NCBI GenBank assembly: GCA_040752415.1
Contig: JBFMGU010000065.1
Coordinates: 1 to 44,822, forward strand
From: Myxococcota bacterium
Lineage (GTDB): Bacteria; Myxococcota; JACRCW01
Direction of reading: 5' to 3'
Length of the DNA stretch: 44,822 bases
The position numbers and the translations under genes were made by a program. Shown here in pieces: positions 1 through 13,028 of this stretch. The notes under the pieces are model-generated. The model was not told the DNA's origin and ran no database searches. It saw only the letters and a program-made list of their open reading frames with translations. How positions within the stretch are numbered: the stretch's first letter is position 1; the number at the start of each line of letters is the position of its first letter.

Positions 1-229
1 CGTAGTGATGGAGGAAGCCCGCCGCCACGTACCATCCGCGGTGACGTCGTCCGGTCCGCTCGTCGCGGTAGGAGCCACGTGCGTCCGGGTCGCCCACGGG
101 AAAATCAAACCCGTCCGCCACCGGGTACTCCGTCCGCAGGAAGGCATCGAAGACGTCGTCGGAAACCCCGGCGTCCGCGGTGGCGACGAGAAACTTGGTC
201 AGCAGCGGGAGAAGCGCGGAACCGGGCAT
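1..229 (-). CDS. 5' part of a probable M23-family (peptidoglycan DD-metalloendopeptidase) protein; runs off the window
   Basis: Not in the ORF track. Manual translation from the ATG at 229 gives MPGSALLPLLTKFLVATADAGVSDDVFDAFLRTEYPVADGFDFPVGDPDARGSYRDERTGRRHRGWYVAAGFLHHY, open to the window edge. ADGFDFPVG..DA.G.Y resembles the N-terminal part of a group of M23 peptidases; catalytic motifs are outside the window. Confidence 0.55.
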   Translation of the reverse strand, partial: MPGSALLPLLTKFLVATADAGVSDDVFDAFLRTEYPVADGFDFPVGDPDARGSYRDERTGRRHRGWYVAAGFLHHY

Positions 230-385
230 GGCGGGCGTCTCCGACGATGGGACAACGTACCGCGCCCGGATGTTCCCCGCCGCGCCGCGCACTTCTCGCG
301 ACGCAGTTCCTGCTGGGGCAACACCTTGACACAGTGGCTACCTTGTCCGGACACTTGATGGGCCCCCTGGAGGTTTCCCTCGACG

Positions 386-1225
386 ATGACTCCGTTCATC
401 CTGACCGTGGCGATGACGGTGATGGCCGCGGATGCGCCTGCGACACCGCCCGTCCCCGTCGAGACCAGGCCCAGCGTCGCGGTCCTTGAGCTGCAGGCGA
501 AGCAGGGCGTCAGCGCCGACACCGCCACCCTGCTCACCGCCAACCTGGTCACGTTGCTGCGCGCGCAGGGAAGATTCTCCAAGGTGGTGAGCTCGTCGGA
601 GATTGAGACGTTGTTGGGCTTTGAGCAGCAGAAACAGCTCCTGGCCTGCGACTCGTCCTCGTGCATGGCGGAGCTCGCCGGTGCCCTCGGCGTCGACTAC
701 GTCGTCAGCGGCACGCTGGGTCGTCTGGGCGATCAATGGCTGTTGAACCTCACCCTGCTCAACACGCGCACCACGCAGGCGGAGGGCTCGGTGAGCATGC
801 CCGTGGCGGGAAACAACGAGGCTGCGTTGCTCAAGGCCATGGAGACCGTTCCCGCGCAGCTGCTGCAGGGCTCTCGCGTTCCCGGTGGTGTGGCCGCGCC
901 GCAACCCGCGCCCACGACGTCGGCCGCGCCCGCAGAGGAAGGTGGCGGAGGCATGTTGGGCAACGTGCTCAAGGGTGTGGGCGCGTTGGGATTGGGCGGC
1001 GCGGCGCTGGCGGCGGTGGTGGGGGGCGCCGGGGCGCTGCTGTCCAGTGGCATCTGGGTGACCCTGTTCCTGCGGCCTGAGCTCACGCGTGGTCGCAATC
1101 TGGGTCCGCTGATCACCGCGGGCTACCTGGGGGGTTGGAGCGTGGCCGGCGTGATGTTGGCGGTCATGCTGCTCTCGACGGCGGCCGGCGTGGGGATGTT
1201 GGTGGCCGGCGTGGTGTTGGGTTGA
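386..1225 (+). CDS. Exported/membrane protein with a CsgG/TolB-N-like alpha/beta domain and C-terminal transmembrane helices
   Basis: Signal-like N-terminus; SVAVLEL...LLGFEQQKQLLACDSSSCMAELAGALGVDYVVSGTLGRLG pattern typical of myxobacterial CsgG-like domains; hydrophobic C-terminal helices. Confidence 0.65.
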   Translation: MTPFILTVAMTVMAADAPATPPVPVETRPSVAVLELQAKQGVSADTATLLTANLVTLLRAQGRFSKVVSSSEIETLLGFEQQKQLLACDSSSCMAELAGALGVDYVVSGTLGRLGDQWLLNLTLLNTRTTQAEGSVSMPVAGNNEAALLKAMETVPAQLLQGSRVPGGVAAPQPAPTTSAAPAEEGGGGMLGNVLKGVGALGLGGAALAAVVGGAGALLSSGIWVTLFLRPELTRGRNLGPLITAGYLGGWSVAGVMLAVMLLSTAAGVGMLVAGVVLG

Positions 1226-1229
1226 GGAG

Positions 1230-1892
1230 TTGATGCGCGGATTCCTGCTGATGACGACGCTGGTGCCCCTCCTGACGGCCTGCCCGCTGCCTGGCGGCTA
1301 CTGCGAACGCGATTCTGATTGTGCAGCCGCTTTGCAGAAGTGCGACCTGCGCGCCCGCGCGTGTCGCAATGTCGGCGGCGTTCCCACGCCGGGAATCCCA
1401 CCGGGTGCAAGTTCCGGCGCAGGCACCACCACCTCGTCCTCGGGTGACGACGGGAGCTGCGAGCCCATGAACAACCCGGGCGACATGTGTCCCGGGGCGG
1501 TGGTGAACGTCGGCGCGGAGTCGCGGTGCAAGGAGTGGACGGGCCCGCTCTCGTCCCTCTCTGGCGTGGCGGTGGGCTCCCGGTGCGGCATGACGCTGGT
1601 GGGCGCCGACGGCATCCTCCACGTGATCAAGCAGAACGCCGGGCGCGTCACCATCGACGTTGATCCCAGCTCCACCGACGCGTTCCTGCAGGTCATCCCC
1701 GACAAGGCGGTCGGGGGAGACAACCGCGAGTGTCTGTTCGGAGATGCGGTGGAGTGCATTGACACGTCCCGCGAGGGCGGCGGTGAGCATTTCTCGGAGA
1801 GCGACGTCAATCCCACCGGTCTCTGGGTGCGGATGGGATTCAAGGACGCCGTCGGAGAGGCTACCGTCCGCGTGCGGTTCCACCCGCCCTGA
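1230..1892 (+). CDS. Cys-rich lipoprotein
   Basis: Lipobox LLTAC, CERDSDC motif, S/T/G linker; GAGGAG just upstream; directly follows the previous gene. Confidence 0.7.
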   Translation: MMRGFLLMTTLVPLLTACPLPGGYCERDSDCAAALQKCDLRARACRNVGGVPTPGIPPGASSGAGTTTSSSGDDGSCEPMNNPGDMCPGAVVNVGAESRCKEWTGPLSSLSGVAVGSRCGMTLVGADGILHVIKQNAGRVTIDVDPSSTDAFLQVIPDKAVGGDNRECLFGDAVECIDTSREGGGEHFSESDVNPTGLWVRMGFKDAVGEATVRVRFHPP

Positions 1893-1978
1893 CCGACGAC
1901 GCCTCGGGCGCGCGGACGACGAGCAGCCCACTGGCCCTGCCGCGTTGCATTCCTCCTCACGCGCCGCCCGGAAACGTC

Positions 1979-2416
1979 TCACCTCCGTCGCCGGCCACTC
2001 AGCTTGCCGCTTTCAGCCCATTCACGTTGTACCTGGCTGAGCACCTCCTCCCGCTGCGTCCGCATTGCATGCACGGTTTGCGGTGGTGCGTCGGTGTCCT
2101 CGTACCGGTCTGACCACAACACAATCTCAACCAGCACAGGCGCAAGGTCGATTCCCTTCCTGGTCAGCCGGTACACGCGCTTTCGCGCATCAGCCGCGTC
2201 GGCGTGGCGCGTCACAATTCCCGCGCGTTCCAGCCTGGTGAGCCTTTCGGCAAGAACGTTGCTGGCGATTCCCTCTCCAGCGTTCAGGAACTCATTGAAG
2301 GTGCGCAGACCCTTGAACATCAGGTCCCGCACCACCAGCAAGGTCCACGGATCACCAAAGATCTCCAGCGCAATGCTGATGGGGCATCTGGAACGTTGGG
2401 TCCGCGGAGTGGCCAT
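1979..2416 (-). CDS. HxlR-family winged-helix transcriptional regulator
   Basis: True start inside ORF 1979..3034: MATPRTQRSRCPISIALEIFGDPWTLLVVRDL...IASNVLAERL...YRLTRKGIDL, the HxlR pattern with the N-terminal CP. Confidence 0.9.
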   Translation of the reverse strand: MATPRTQRSRCPISIALEIFGDPWTLLVVRDLMFKGLRTFNEFLNAGEGIASNVLAERLTRLERAGIVTRHADAADARKRVYRLTRKGIDLAPVLVEIVLWSDRYEDTDAPPQTVHAMRTQREEVLSQVQREWAESGKLSGRRRR

Positions 2417-2456
2417 CCGGCAACAGCCTACACCACCGCTCGCGGCGCCGCAGATC

Positions 2457-2473
2457 ACTTGCTTCACGCAAGT
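2457..2473. promoter_or_regulatory. Palindromic operator ACTTGC-N5-GCAAGT, probable site of the adjacent HxlR regulator
   Basis: Perfect 6-bp inverted repeat in the 78-bp divergent gap between the regulator and the membrane-protein gene. Confidence 0.6.
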
Positions 2474-2494
2474 CATTTGTTCTACAGCGGAAGC

Positions 2495-2902
2495 ATGAAC
2501 AACCGGTTCGCAGCCGCGGTGGCGGCCTATCTCCTGCCCACGTTTCCACTCGGCTACGCGTGGCACCTCGTCACCTTTGCAGAGCACTACAAGCGACTGG
2601 AGATCTACAGGGATGACGTGATCATCCCGTTCGGACTGCTCTCCATGTTCATCCAGGCGCTGGTGTTTGCGTGGATCTATCCCCGCGCGTTCTCGACGGG
2701 GCGGGACAGCTGGGCAGGGAGCGCGTTGCGGTTCTTTGCCGTGGTGGGTGCGCTGTCCTGGTCGTTCACAACCCTCCCGGTGGCCGCAAAGTTCCGGATG
2801 ACCTCCGTGATGGACTTCATGCTGCTGGAAACCGGCTTCACCGCGGTTCAGTTTGCTGTCGTCTCGCCATTGATGGCGCTGGCCTACCGGGAGCGGAGCT
2901 GA
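2495..2902 (+). CDS. Small 4-TM membrane protein (DUF1761-like)
   Basis: MNNRFAAAVAAYLLPTFPLGYAWHLVTF..., four hydrophobic segments; divergent from the HxlR gene. Confidence 0.75.
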   Translation: MNNRFAAAVAAYLLPTFPLGYAWHLVTFAEHYKRLEIYRDDVIIPFGLLSMFIQALVFAWIYPRAFSTGRDSWAGSALRFFAVVGALSWSFTTLPVAAKFRMTSVMDFMLLETGFTAVQFAVVSPLMALAYRERS

Positions 2903-2905
2903 ACC

Positions 2906-3289
2906 ATGGCTGCTGACCATGCCCTGACGGAGCAGCTGCGGGCGGCAGTGAAGGGCCGGCGGAGTATCGTGGAGAAGAAGATGTTTGGCGGCATCTGCTG
3001 GATGCTGAACGGGAACATGCTGTGCGGTGTGCACAAGGACCGGTACATGTTCCGCGTTGGACCCGAGTTGGAGCGGGAGGCGTTGGCGCGCGACGGGGCG
3101 TCACCCATGGACATCACTGGCAAGCCGATGCGGGGGTTTGTCTGGGTGACAGGGGATGCGGCGCAACGTGCAGGAATTGAGACGTGGATTGCACTGGCGG
3201 AACGGTACATCCGTGCTCTTCCGGCAAAGTCCGCCGCGCAAGCTCCACGCCGGAAAGTGCCTGGCTCAGGCAGAAAGCGCGCTCGGTAA
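2906..3289 (+). CDS. TfoX/Sxy N-terminal domain protein
   Basis: EKKMFGGICWMLNGNMLCGV...MDITGKPMRGFVWV motif; starts 3 bp after the previous stop. Confidence 0.85.
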   Translation: MAADHALTEQLRAAVKGRRSIVEKKMFGGICWMLNGNMLCGVHKDRYMFRVGPELEREALARDGASPMDITGKPMRGFVWVTGDAAQRAGIETWIALAERYIRALPAKSAAQAPRRKVPGSGRKRAR

Positions 3290-3343
3290 GCGGGGCGTCG
3301 CGCCCGTCGCGTGGTCGCATGGTCGCATGGCGGCGGAACGACG

Positions 3344-7162
<3,819 letters not shown>

Positions 7163-7325
7163 GCGGCACCCCTTCTACCGGACCTTGGCGCGGAAGGGGA
7201 TCGTCTTGTGACGTCGGGAAGCGCGGGGAGCGCGGACCGCAGCATGAGCGTTGCGCGGTGGCGGAGCGTTGTGGGCGTCATGCGGTTGAGCTACGGATCA
7301 AGCTCCCTTCACTCGAGGAGAAGCC

Positions 7326-7829
7326 ATGACGGTTCGCAGCGTTGGTGGTCCCAGGGCTCAGTCCGCGGTGTCTGTTTCCGCGCGTGTGCTGGATGACCTT
7401 GGTCGCACGTCGGACGCCAAGGTCAAGAAGCTGGACAAGGACGGCGACGGCAAGATCACGGAAGCGGAGCTGAAGCCGTTCATGAAGAAACTGGAGGCCG
7501 CCACCCAGCGCATGAACAGCGGTGATGACTCCGCCGACCCGACGAGCGACCAGGCCATTGCCAAGTCCCGCGCGCTCATGAAGGACTCCGAGCGTTATGA
7601 CCTGGCCATTGCGCAGGCGCTCAACGAGATCCCTGGCGCGGAGACCGCCGAGTCCGTCTCGGTGAAGGACCTGCAGAAGGGGGTGCGCAAGGTGTGGAAC
7701 ATGCACGTGTCGTCGCTGGAGAAGCTGCAGTCCGGGAGCGGCGGCGGCCTGATGGATGGCCTGGGTGCCATGTTCGCCATGACGCTGCTGCCCGACGCGG
7801 CGTTCAACGCGCTCAAGAACCAGCGCTGA
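7326..7829 (+). CDS. Hypothetical protein with an EF-hand-like Ca-binding loop
   Basis: GAGGAG RBS; canonical 12-residue loop DKDGDGKITEAE; GC3-rich codons; no signal peptide. Confidence 0.75.
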   Translation: MTVRSVGGPRAQSAVSVSARVLDDLGRTSDAKVKKLDKDGDGKITEAELKPFMKKLEAATQRMNSGDDSADPTSDQAIAKSRALMKDSERYDLAIAQALNEIPGAETAESVSVKDLQKGVRKVWNMHVSSLEKLQSGSGGGLMDGLGAMFAMTLLPDAAFNALKNQR

Positions 7830-7835
7830 AACCCA
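7691..7835 (+). repeat. Direct repeat copy A (3' end of the EF-hand gene plus AACCCA)
   Basis: Aligns by hand to 13930..14056 with about 10 substitutions and gaps of 6, 9 and 3 nt. Confidence 0.9.
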
Positions 7836-8621
7836 TCAGAGGCAATTGCTGCCGATCTCGTCGCTCTCCCAGCCGCACATCATGCCCTCGGCCGCGCAAT
7901 CCATCTCGAGGAGCGCGCCGTCCTCGCACCAGCGCAGCACATCACCGACACATTCACCTTCGAAGGTCAGGTTGCCGCACTCGCCGGGGAGGACGCCGCC
8001 ACCGTTGTCCTCGGTGCTCTCGACGTAATACCAGATGACCTCGTAGGCGAGGCGCCAGCGCTGCACGAAGCTGAGCCAGAAGTACCCGGCGTGCGGCATG
8101 TTCCCCATGTCATTCACGACGATGCGGCGGGGGTTCGTGGGGTCGTGAAAGGGGTGACCGGCTCTGTTGCCGTTGGGATAGAAGCGGCCACCGCCGAGAT
8201 CGGTCAGCGTGTTGGGCCCGAGCGGCCGGTTGCCGATCTGGCTTGCCGGACAGCCATCCTCGCCGCACGGCTGGATGAACGGCTCCACGTCGGGACAGGT
8301 GCTTCCGCCGATCTGTTCGTTCTCCAGCCAGAAGTCGATGTTCTGTCCGCGGGTCAGCGAGCTCATGTCCTGCTCGAAGCGCCACCTCATCCGATAGGTG
8401 CCGTGCTGGCTGCAATCGTTCTCCCAGCAGCAGGCGGTGATGATCATCTCGCCGCTGTTGGGGTCACTGACGTCGAGCGAATCGATGGTGACGCCGCCCA
8501 TGGATGGGTAGAGGTTTCCGGTGACGATCTCGCTGAGCTTCCAGCTGCTCGGATTGTGATCGGCGCGGGCGCGTGCGGCGACGCAGCTCACCAGCGCGCA
8601 CACGATGGCGGCTCGGTGCAT
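7836..8621 (-). CDS. Secreted Cys-rich protein
   Basis: Signal peptide (..ARARA|D), RBS GGAGAGGAG, C-terminal Cys module CGNLTFEGECVGDVLRWC..DC..CGW. Confidence 0.75.
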   Translation of the reverse strand: MHRAAIVCALVSCVAARARADHNPSSWKLSEIVTGNLYPSMGGVTIDSLDVSDPNSGEMIITACCWENDCSQHGTYRMRWRFEQDMSSLTRGQNIDFWLENEQIGGSTCPDVEPFIQPCGEDGCPASQIGNRPLGPNTLTDLGGGRFYPNGNRAGHPFHDPTNPRRIVVNDMGNMPHAGYFWLSFVQRWRLAYEVIWYYVESTEDNGGGVLPGECGNLTFEGECVGDVLRWCEDGALLEMDCAAEGMMCGWESDEIGSNCL

Positions 8622-9010
8622 GGCAATGCTCCTCTCCGGGTTTGCGCTTGGGTCGACGTCGACAACACGCGACGCCGGCCCCCCTGAGCGCCACTTACCG
8701 CCGGCATGGGTCCGACGCAGGACGCAACGGTGCGCTCATCACCGCGTGAAGATGTCCTGGCCCGAGACGCGGCGTGCGTCGGCGAGCGCGGCGAACGCCT
8801 TCGAGCGTCGGCAGTGGCAGGACCAGCATGCGCACCCCGCCAGCAGCGGAGCGCATTCGGTCAGCGCGCCGAAGCCTGGGCGATGGTGACCAGCGCACTC
8901 CACAGGGTGTCTCGGATGGCGTTGGCCGGGCGCATCGTGTCGGTGGCGGCAACGTCTCCGGTTGCCGAGCGGACAGCCGCGTCGACATCCCGCGCGGGCT
9001 GCCTGAAGCC

Positions 9011-10351
9011 TCAGGAGCCTTCGCCCGGTCCCGCCTGGCAACGGCAACCCACGCAGGACATCCCGCGGACACACTGCGCCTGACCTGCGCCATCGCATTC
9101 TTCGCCGGCGTCACGCACGCCGTCGCCGCAGGTGGCGGTGGAACTCGTCACGCAGCTCCCGTTCTGACAGGTCTGTCCCGGCGGACAATCCACGTTCGAG
9201 GTGCAGTCGGGAAGCAGGGACTGGCACTCCGGTCCGGTGCAGGTCCCGCACGTACCGAAGGCGCAGCTTCCGTCGGGAGCGCAATCGGCATCGACGGTGC
9301 AGAACTTCGGGACGCAGAAGCTGATCCGCTCTTCACAGGTCAGCTGGACGCAGACGGTCGTGGGCGGCCCCGCGCGCTCCGGGGGGGTCGTAAAGTCCAC
9401 GCACCACGGATCCGCGTTGCAGGCCGCATCATTCGTGCAGGCCACCGGGGCGCAGCTCTGCGACTGGCAGGTCTCGGGGGGCGCGCATTCCGCGTCGACG
9501 GTGCAACTCGTGCTCCCCACGCAGGTCCCGGCCTGGCAGGTCCTTGGCGATCCGCACTCCCAGTCGGCGGTGCAGCCCACCACGCAGGCCCCAGCCTGGC
9601 AGATGTGTTCCATCGGGCATTCCCAGCTCTCGACGCATCCCGCGCTCGTCCCGCACATCCCCCACCAGCAGAGCTCCCCTGGCGCGCAATGCTCGTCGGA
9701 GATGCATCCCCTGCCCACCCCGCACACCCCGGCCTGGCACACCGTTCCCTGCGGGCAATCCCAGATGGTGGTGCAGCCCGCGCCTGCGCTCGGCACGCAG
9801 ATCCCGGTCTGGCACCTGTATCCCGCCGGGCAATTCACGTCGGAGGCACAGCCACCAGGAGGCGGGCAATCCGGTCCGCTGCAGGCGACGCACTGACCCG
9901 CCTGGCAGCGCCCGCCGGGGCCGCAATCGGTATCGGCGACACAGCTCCGCATGACGCATTCGCCGTTGCTGCACCGCCTATCCTGGCCGCAGTCCGCGTC
10001 ACCGACGCAGGCCACCGGCGCGCAGATTCCCATCTGGCAGGTCTGGGCCAGGGGACAGTCCGCGTCCCTGGTGCAGCCGCTCGAGGACTCGCACGCGTTG
10101 TTGACGCACCGGCCCTGCGGCCCGCAGTCCGCGTCGGTGTTGCAGGGCGCGGTGGTGCAGACACCGCCTTCGCAGATCATGCCGCCCGTGCAGTCGGTGT
10201 CGCGCGTGCACCCGGCCTGCTGGGCCTGGGAGTGGCCCGACGCCTCTGACGAGGACACCGGGTCTGAGGCGCTGCTTTGACAGGATGTGGCCCACAACGT
10301 CGTCGCCAGACTCATCACGGCCCAGCGCGCTGCTCGCGTGTCTCGGATCAT
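9011..10351 (-). CDS. Cys-rich repeat lipoprotein (14 CxxDxDC-type repeats) with a C-terminal myxococcal disulfide repeat
   Basis: Start set at MIRD (GGAGGGG RBS); lipobox-like WATSC; repeats CTRDTDC, CNTDADC etc.; terminal CGDGVRDAGEECDG. Confidence 0.85.
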   Translation of the reverse strand: MIRDTRAARWAVMSLATTLWATSCQSSASDPVSSSEASGHSQAQQAGCTRDTDCTGGMICEGGVCTTAPCNTDADCGPQGRCVNNACESSSGCTRDADCPLAQTCQMGICAPVACVGDADCGQDRRCSNGECVMRSCVADTDCGPGGRCQAGQCVACSGPDCPPPGGCASDVNCPAGYRCQTGICVPSAGAGCTTIWDCPQGTVCQAGVCGVGRGCISDEHCAPGELCWWGMCGTSAGCVESWECPMEHICQAGACVVGCTADWECGSPRTCQAGTCVGSTSCTVDAECAPPETCQSQSCAPVACTNDAACNADPWCVDFTTPPERAGPPTTVCVQLTCEERISFCVPKFCTVDADCAPDGSCAFGTCGTCTGPECQSLLPDCTSNVDCPPGQTCQNGSCVTSSTATCGDGVRDAGEECDGAGQAQCVRGMSCVGCRCQAGPGEGS

Positions 10352-10719
10352 TGCGGTCCCCTCCATCGTTTTCACACGGCCTTAGCGATGCGGACCACGT
10401 CGGGCAGCGTTCGTCCGTCCTGTCCACGCTGCTGGGCAATGCGGCTCAGGCGTCGTGGTACCGCGACGAGCGGCGGCGGGTTTGAAGAGCTGCGCCGCGA
10501 TCGCGCGCGAGTTCCTGCTCGAGCGGCTTGAGGTGCGGGTTCTGCCGCGCTCCGGATTGTCCGAGGCGACGCTGCGCGTCCACTGGGCGTGGGCGCGCGC
10601 GGTCGATACATGCCCGCTATCGCGGGTGTCCCGCCACGTCCGAACCCGCGACCAACTCGTCCCCGGTCGCAGGACCCGGGACGCTCCACGGCGCGGCGGG
10701 GCCATGAGGGGAGGCAGCG

Positions 10720-12105
10720 ATGTCAGAAAAACACCGTCGAGGCCGGCGCGCTTCGTGGGCGCTCGTCGCCAGCCTTGGTGCCTTCAGCCTGTTCGCCCCA
10801 CCTCCGGCAGCAGCACAGCTGGCGATAAGCAGTTGGGAACTGATCCCAGTGGGCGGCCAGCTTAGCCAGTTCTTCACGCTGCGAGAGATGGTGACGGGAA
10901 GTGCCATCGCCGGGCGGGACGGCGACTGGTCCACGTACATCTTCCCGGGGAGTCCCTATCCCTTCGGCAACCTGGGAGGCGCGTTCTCCGTCGAGGCGCT
11001 TTGCTTCCCGCAGGGCGCGACCGCCGAGTGGCTCTCCTCGGGCCAGGGGTTTGGCGACATGGTCGCCTTCACGCCGACGGGATCGCCGTTCCCGGCGGGA
11101 CAGACCGATCCTTCTGGGCGGACCGAGCTGTGCAACCCGGAAGCGGATGACACCTGGTGGTTCGCCTATGGCGACTCGCTCAACATCATGCCGGTGCTTA
11201 GCGGCCGATTCTTCGGGAATGAGGACACCTTCACCCTGCAGCAATGCGACGCGGAACCCACACCGGTGGAGGGCCTCTTCTTCCTGGAACGGCGCAGCGC
11301 GGACCGCCAGGTGCCCGACCTGTCTTGTGAGAATCGCGATCCCAGCCGAACGCTGCGGATAGGCACCGCGCTGATCTGCAGCTTCACGAATACCTGGCTG
11401 GATCCCACCGGCGCGAACCAACAGACTCCCCTCCGCAAGTGTGAGCGCTACCTGGTGTGCGGCAGTGAGCCTTTTGGCGAGGTCACGGCGCGCGGGCTGG
11501 GGTGCGGTCAGCCGACCCCCACGACGCCGCCGGGGCCGGGTGGGGGCACGGGCTCCGTCACCGTGACAGTCACCAACGCGAACGACGGCACGCCGATCGC
11601 CGGGGCTTCGGTGAGCTATGCCGGCGGGCCGACGCAGACCACGGACGCCAGCGGGATGACCACGTTCTTCGACGTGCCCGCGGGGGTGGCGCTCACCTTC
11701 ACGGCGACCGCGCCTGGCTTCGCCTCCGGTTCGACCGACATTACTCCCGTGGCCGACATGTCGAACTGGGCCTACATCGCCCTGACCCCCGAAGCCGCGC
11801 CGCCCACGGTGTCCTGCAACGACGCCCAGCAAGATGGCGAAAACCAACCGAACACCCGCGTCGTGGAACTCGCCAAGACCGCGGGCACCTTCCAGTTCGA
11901 CTACGAAACCTACGAGGCGCCGGACCAGATCATCATCACCTATGAGGGTGGCATCGTCTTCGATAGCGGGTGCGTTGGCACCAACGGGCTCAAGAGCCAG
12001 TGGGTCAACTACTCGGGCAGCACGACCAGCGTGACCGTCGAGGTGAGGCCCAACTGTGCTGGCACCCCGACCACGGGCTGGACGTACACCCTGCACTGCC
12101 CGTAG
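10720..12105 (+). CDS. Secreted multidomain protein with a carboxypeptidase-regulatory-like beta-sandwich
   Basis: Signal peptide (..AAA|Q); P/G linker; GSVTVTVTNANDGTPIAGASV..TTDASG motif; C-terminal beta domain FQFDYETYEAPDQIIITYEG..FDSGCVGT. Confidence 0.75.
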   Translation: MSEKHRRGRRASWALVASLGAFSLFAPPPAAAQLAISSWELIPVGGQLSQFFTLREMVTGSAIAGRDGDWSTYIFPGSPYPFGNLGGAFSVEALCFPQGATAEWLSSGQGFGDMVAFTPTGSPFPAGQTDPSGRTELCNPEADDTWWFAYGDSLNIMPVLSGRFFGNEDTFTLQQCDAEPTPVEGLFFLERRSADRQVPDLSCENRDPSRTLRIGTALICSFTNTWLDPTGANQQTPLRKCERYLVCGSEPFGEVTARGLGCGQPTPTTPPGPGGGTGSVTVTVTNANDGTPIAGASVSYAGGPTQTTDASGMTTFFDVPAGVALTFTATAPGFASGSTDITPVADMSNWAYIALTPEAAPPTVSCNDAQQDGENQPNTRVVELAKTAGTFQFDYETYEAPDQIIITYEGGIVFDSGCVGTNGLKSQWVNYSGSTTSVTVEVRPNCAGTPTTGWTYTLHCP

Positions 12106-12271
12106 CTCGAGCGGCTCGCGGGTCACCGTCATCACCCTGGCCGATTCCAGTTGGGTGCCGCTCCTCTGGGCCAACGCGCTTGCCTTCGCGCCAATGGGAG
12201 TGGAGCGGCTCAATGGCAGGAAGGCAGGAGCGTGGCCACAGAGAGCCGCACCCCATTCAGCTTGATGGACT

Positions 12272-12865
12272 TCACGCCGGGCAGCAGCCGGACAGGTCCG
12301 GACAGCAACGCTCACCGCTGCCGCAACAGCAGCACGTCTCTCCGCACGAGCTGCCAGTCTCGTCGGGACAGCCCTGGAACTGCTCACAGCAGAGCGACGG
12401 GCGGTCGACATTGGTTCCCGGCGGCGGGACGTCCACGGTCACGGTGTTGGACCGGCCCAACTCACGATCGCTGCGGAGCACGCATTCGACGGTGAACTCC
12501 CCCTCGATGGAGGTGTCCGCTTCGGGGACCTCAATGGTGACGGTCCCGGTGTGCGGTCCGGTGGGCCCTCCCGGCACGATCGCGCTTCCCGAAAAGGTCC
12601 GTGTCCGGGTGAGCTGCTGCTGGGTCATGGTGCAGGTCAGCGTCGCGCGGGGAGCCGGCGCGCTGGCATACGTCACCGTGTAGTCCACCGTGACCATGGG
12701 TTGGTCCGTGACCTCGTCCCGCTGCGCCCAGGCGTTTCCGATGGCGACGGTGGCCCCGGTGGCCTGCGCCTGCGCCACCAGCGAACCCAGCGTGCCAAGC
12801 CCGACTCCTACCACCACCAGCCCCACCAACCTGGACAATCCCCGGACAGAGAACGGCATCCGCAT
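12272..12865 (-). CDS. Secreted protein with an Ig-like region and Cys-rich tail
   Basis: Start at MRMPF (GGAGG RBS); signal peptide ..AQAQA; tail CCEQFQGCPDETGSSCGETCCCCGSGERCCPDLSGCCPA. Confidence 0.7.
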   Translation of the reverse strand: MRMPFSVRGLSRLVGLVVVGVGLGTLGSLVAQAQATGATVAIGNAWAQRDEVTDQPMVTVDYTVTYASAPAPRATLTCTMTQQQLTRTRTFSGSAIVPGGPTGPHTGTVTIEVPEADTSIEGEFTVECVLRSDRELGRSNTVTVDVPPPGTNVDRPSLCCEQFQGCPDETGSSCGETCCCCGSGERCCPDLSGCCPA

Positions 12866-13028
12866 GGCATCCTCCAAGGCCGCGCGTCACCTTGCCGTCG
12901 ATCTCACGGGGGTGCGCGCACTGTTTTCGAGGTGGTGACCCGCGGCAACGGACCCCGCAAGCCTCACCGCGCGCCGGAGCGCGGCACGACGGGACATCCG
13001 CACATCGAGAACCCCTCCCTTCCCGTCG

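Noticed and set aside
8622..9010. Possible gene fragments in island spacers (also 10382-10700, 12106-12271, 25090-25230)
   Set aside because: Short coding-like stretches with no recognisable family or start signals; would need BLASTX.
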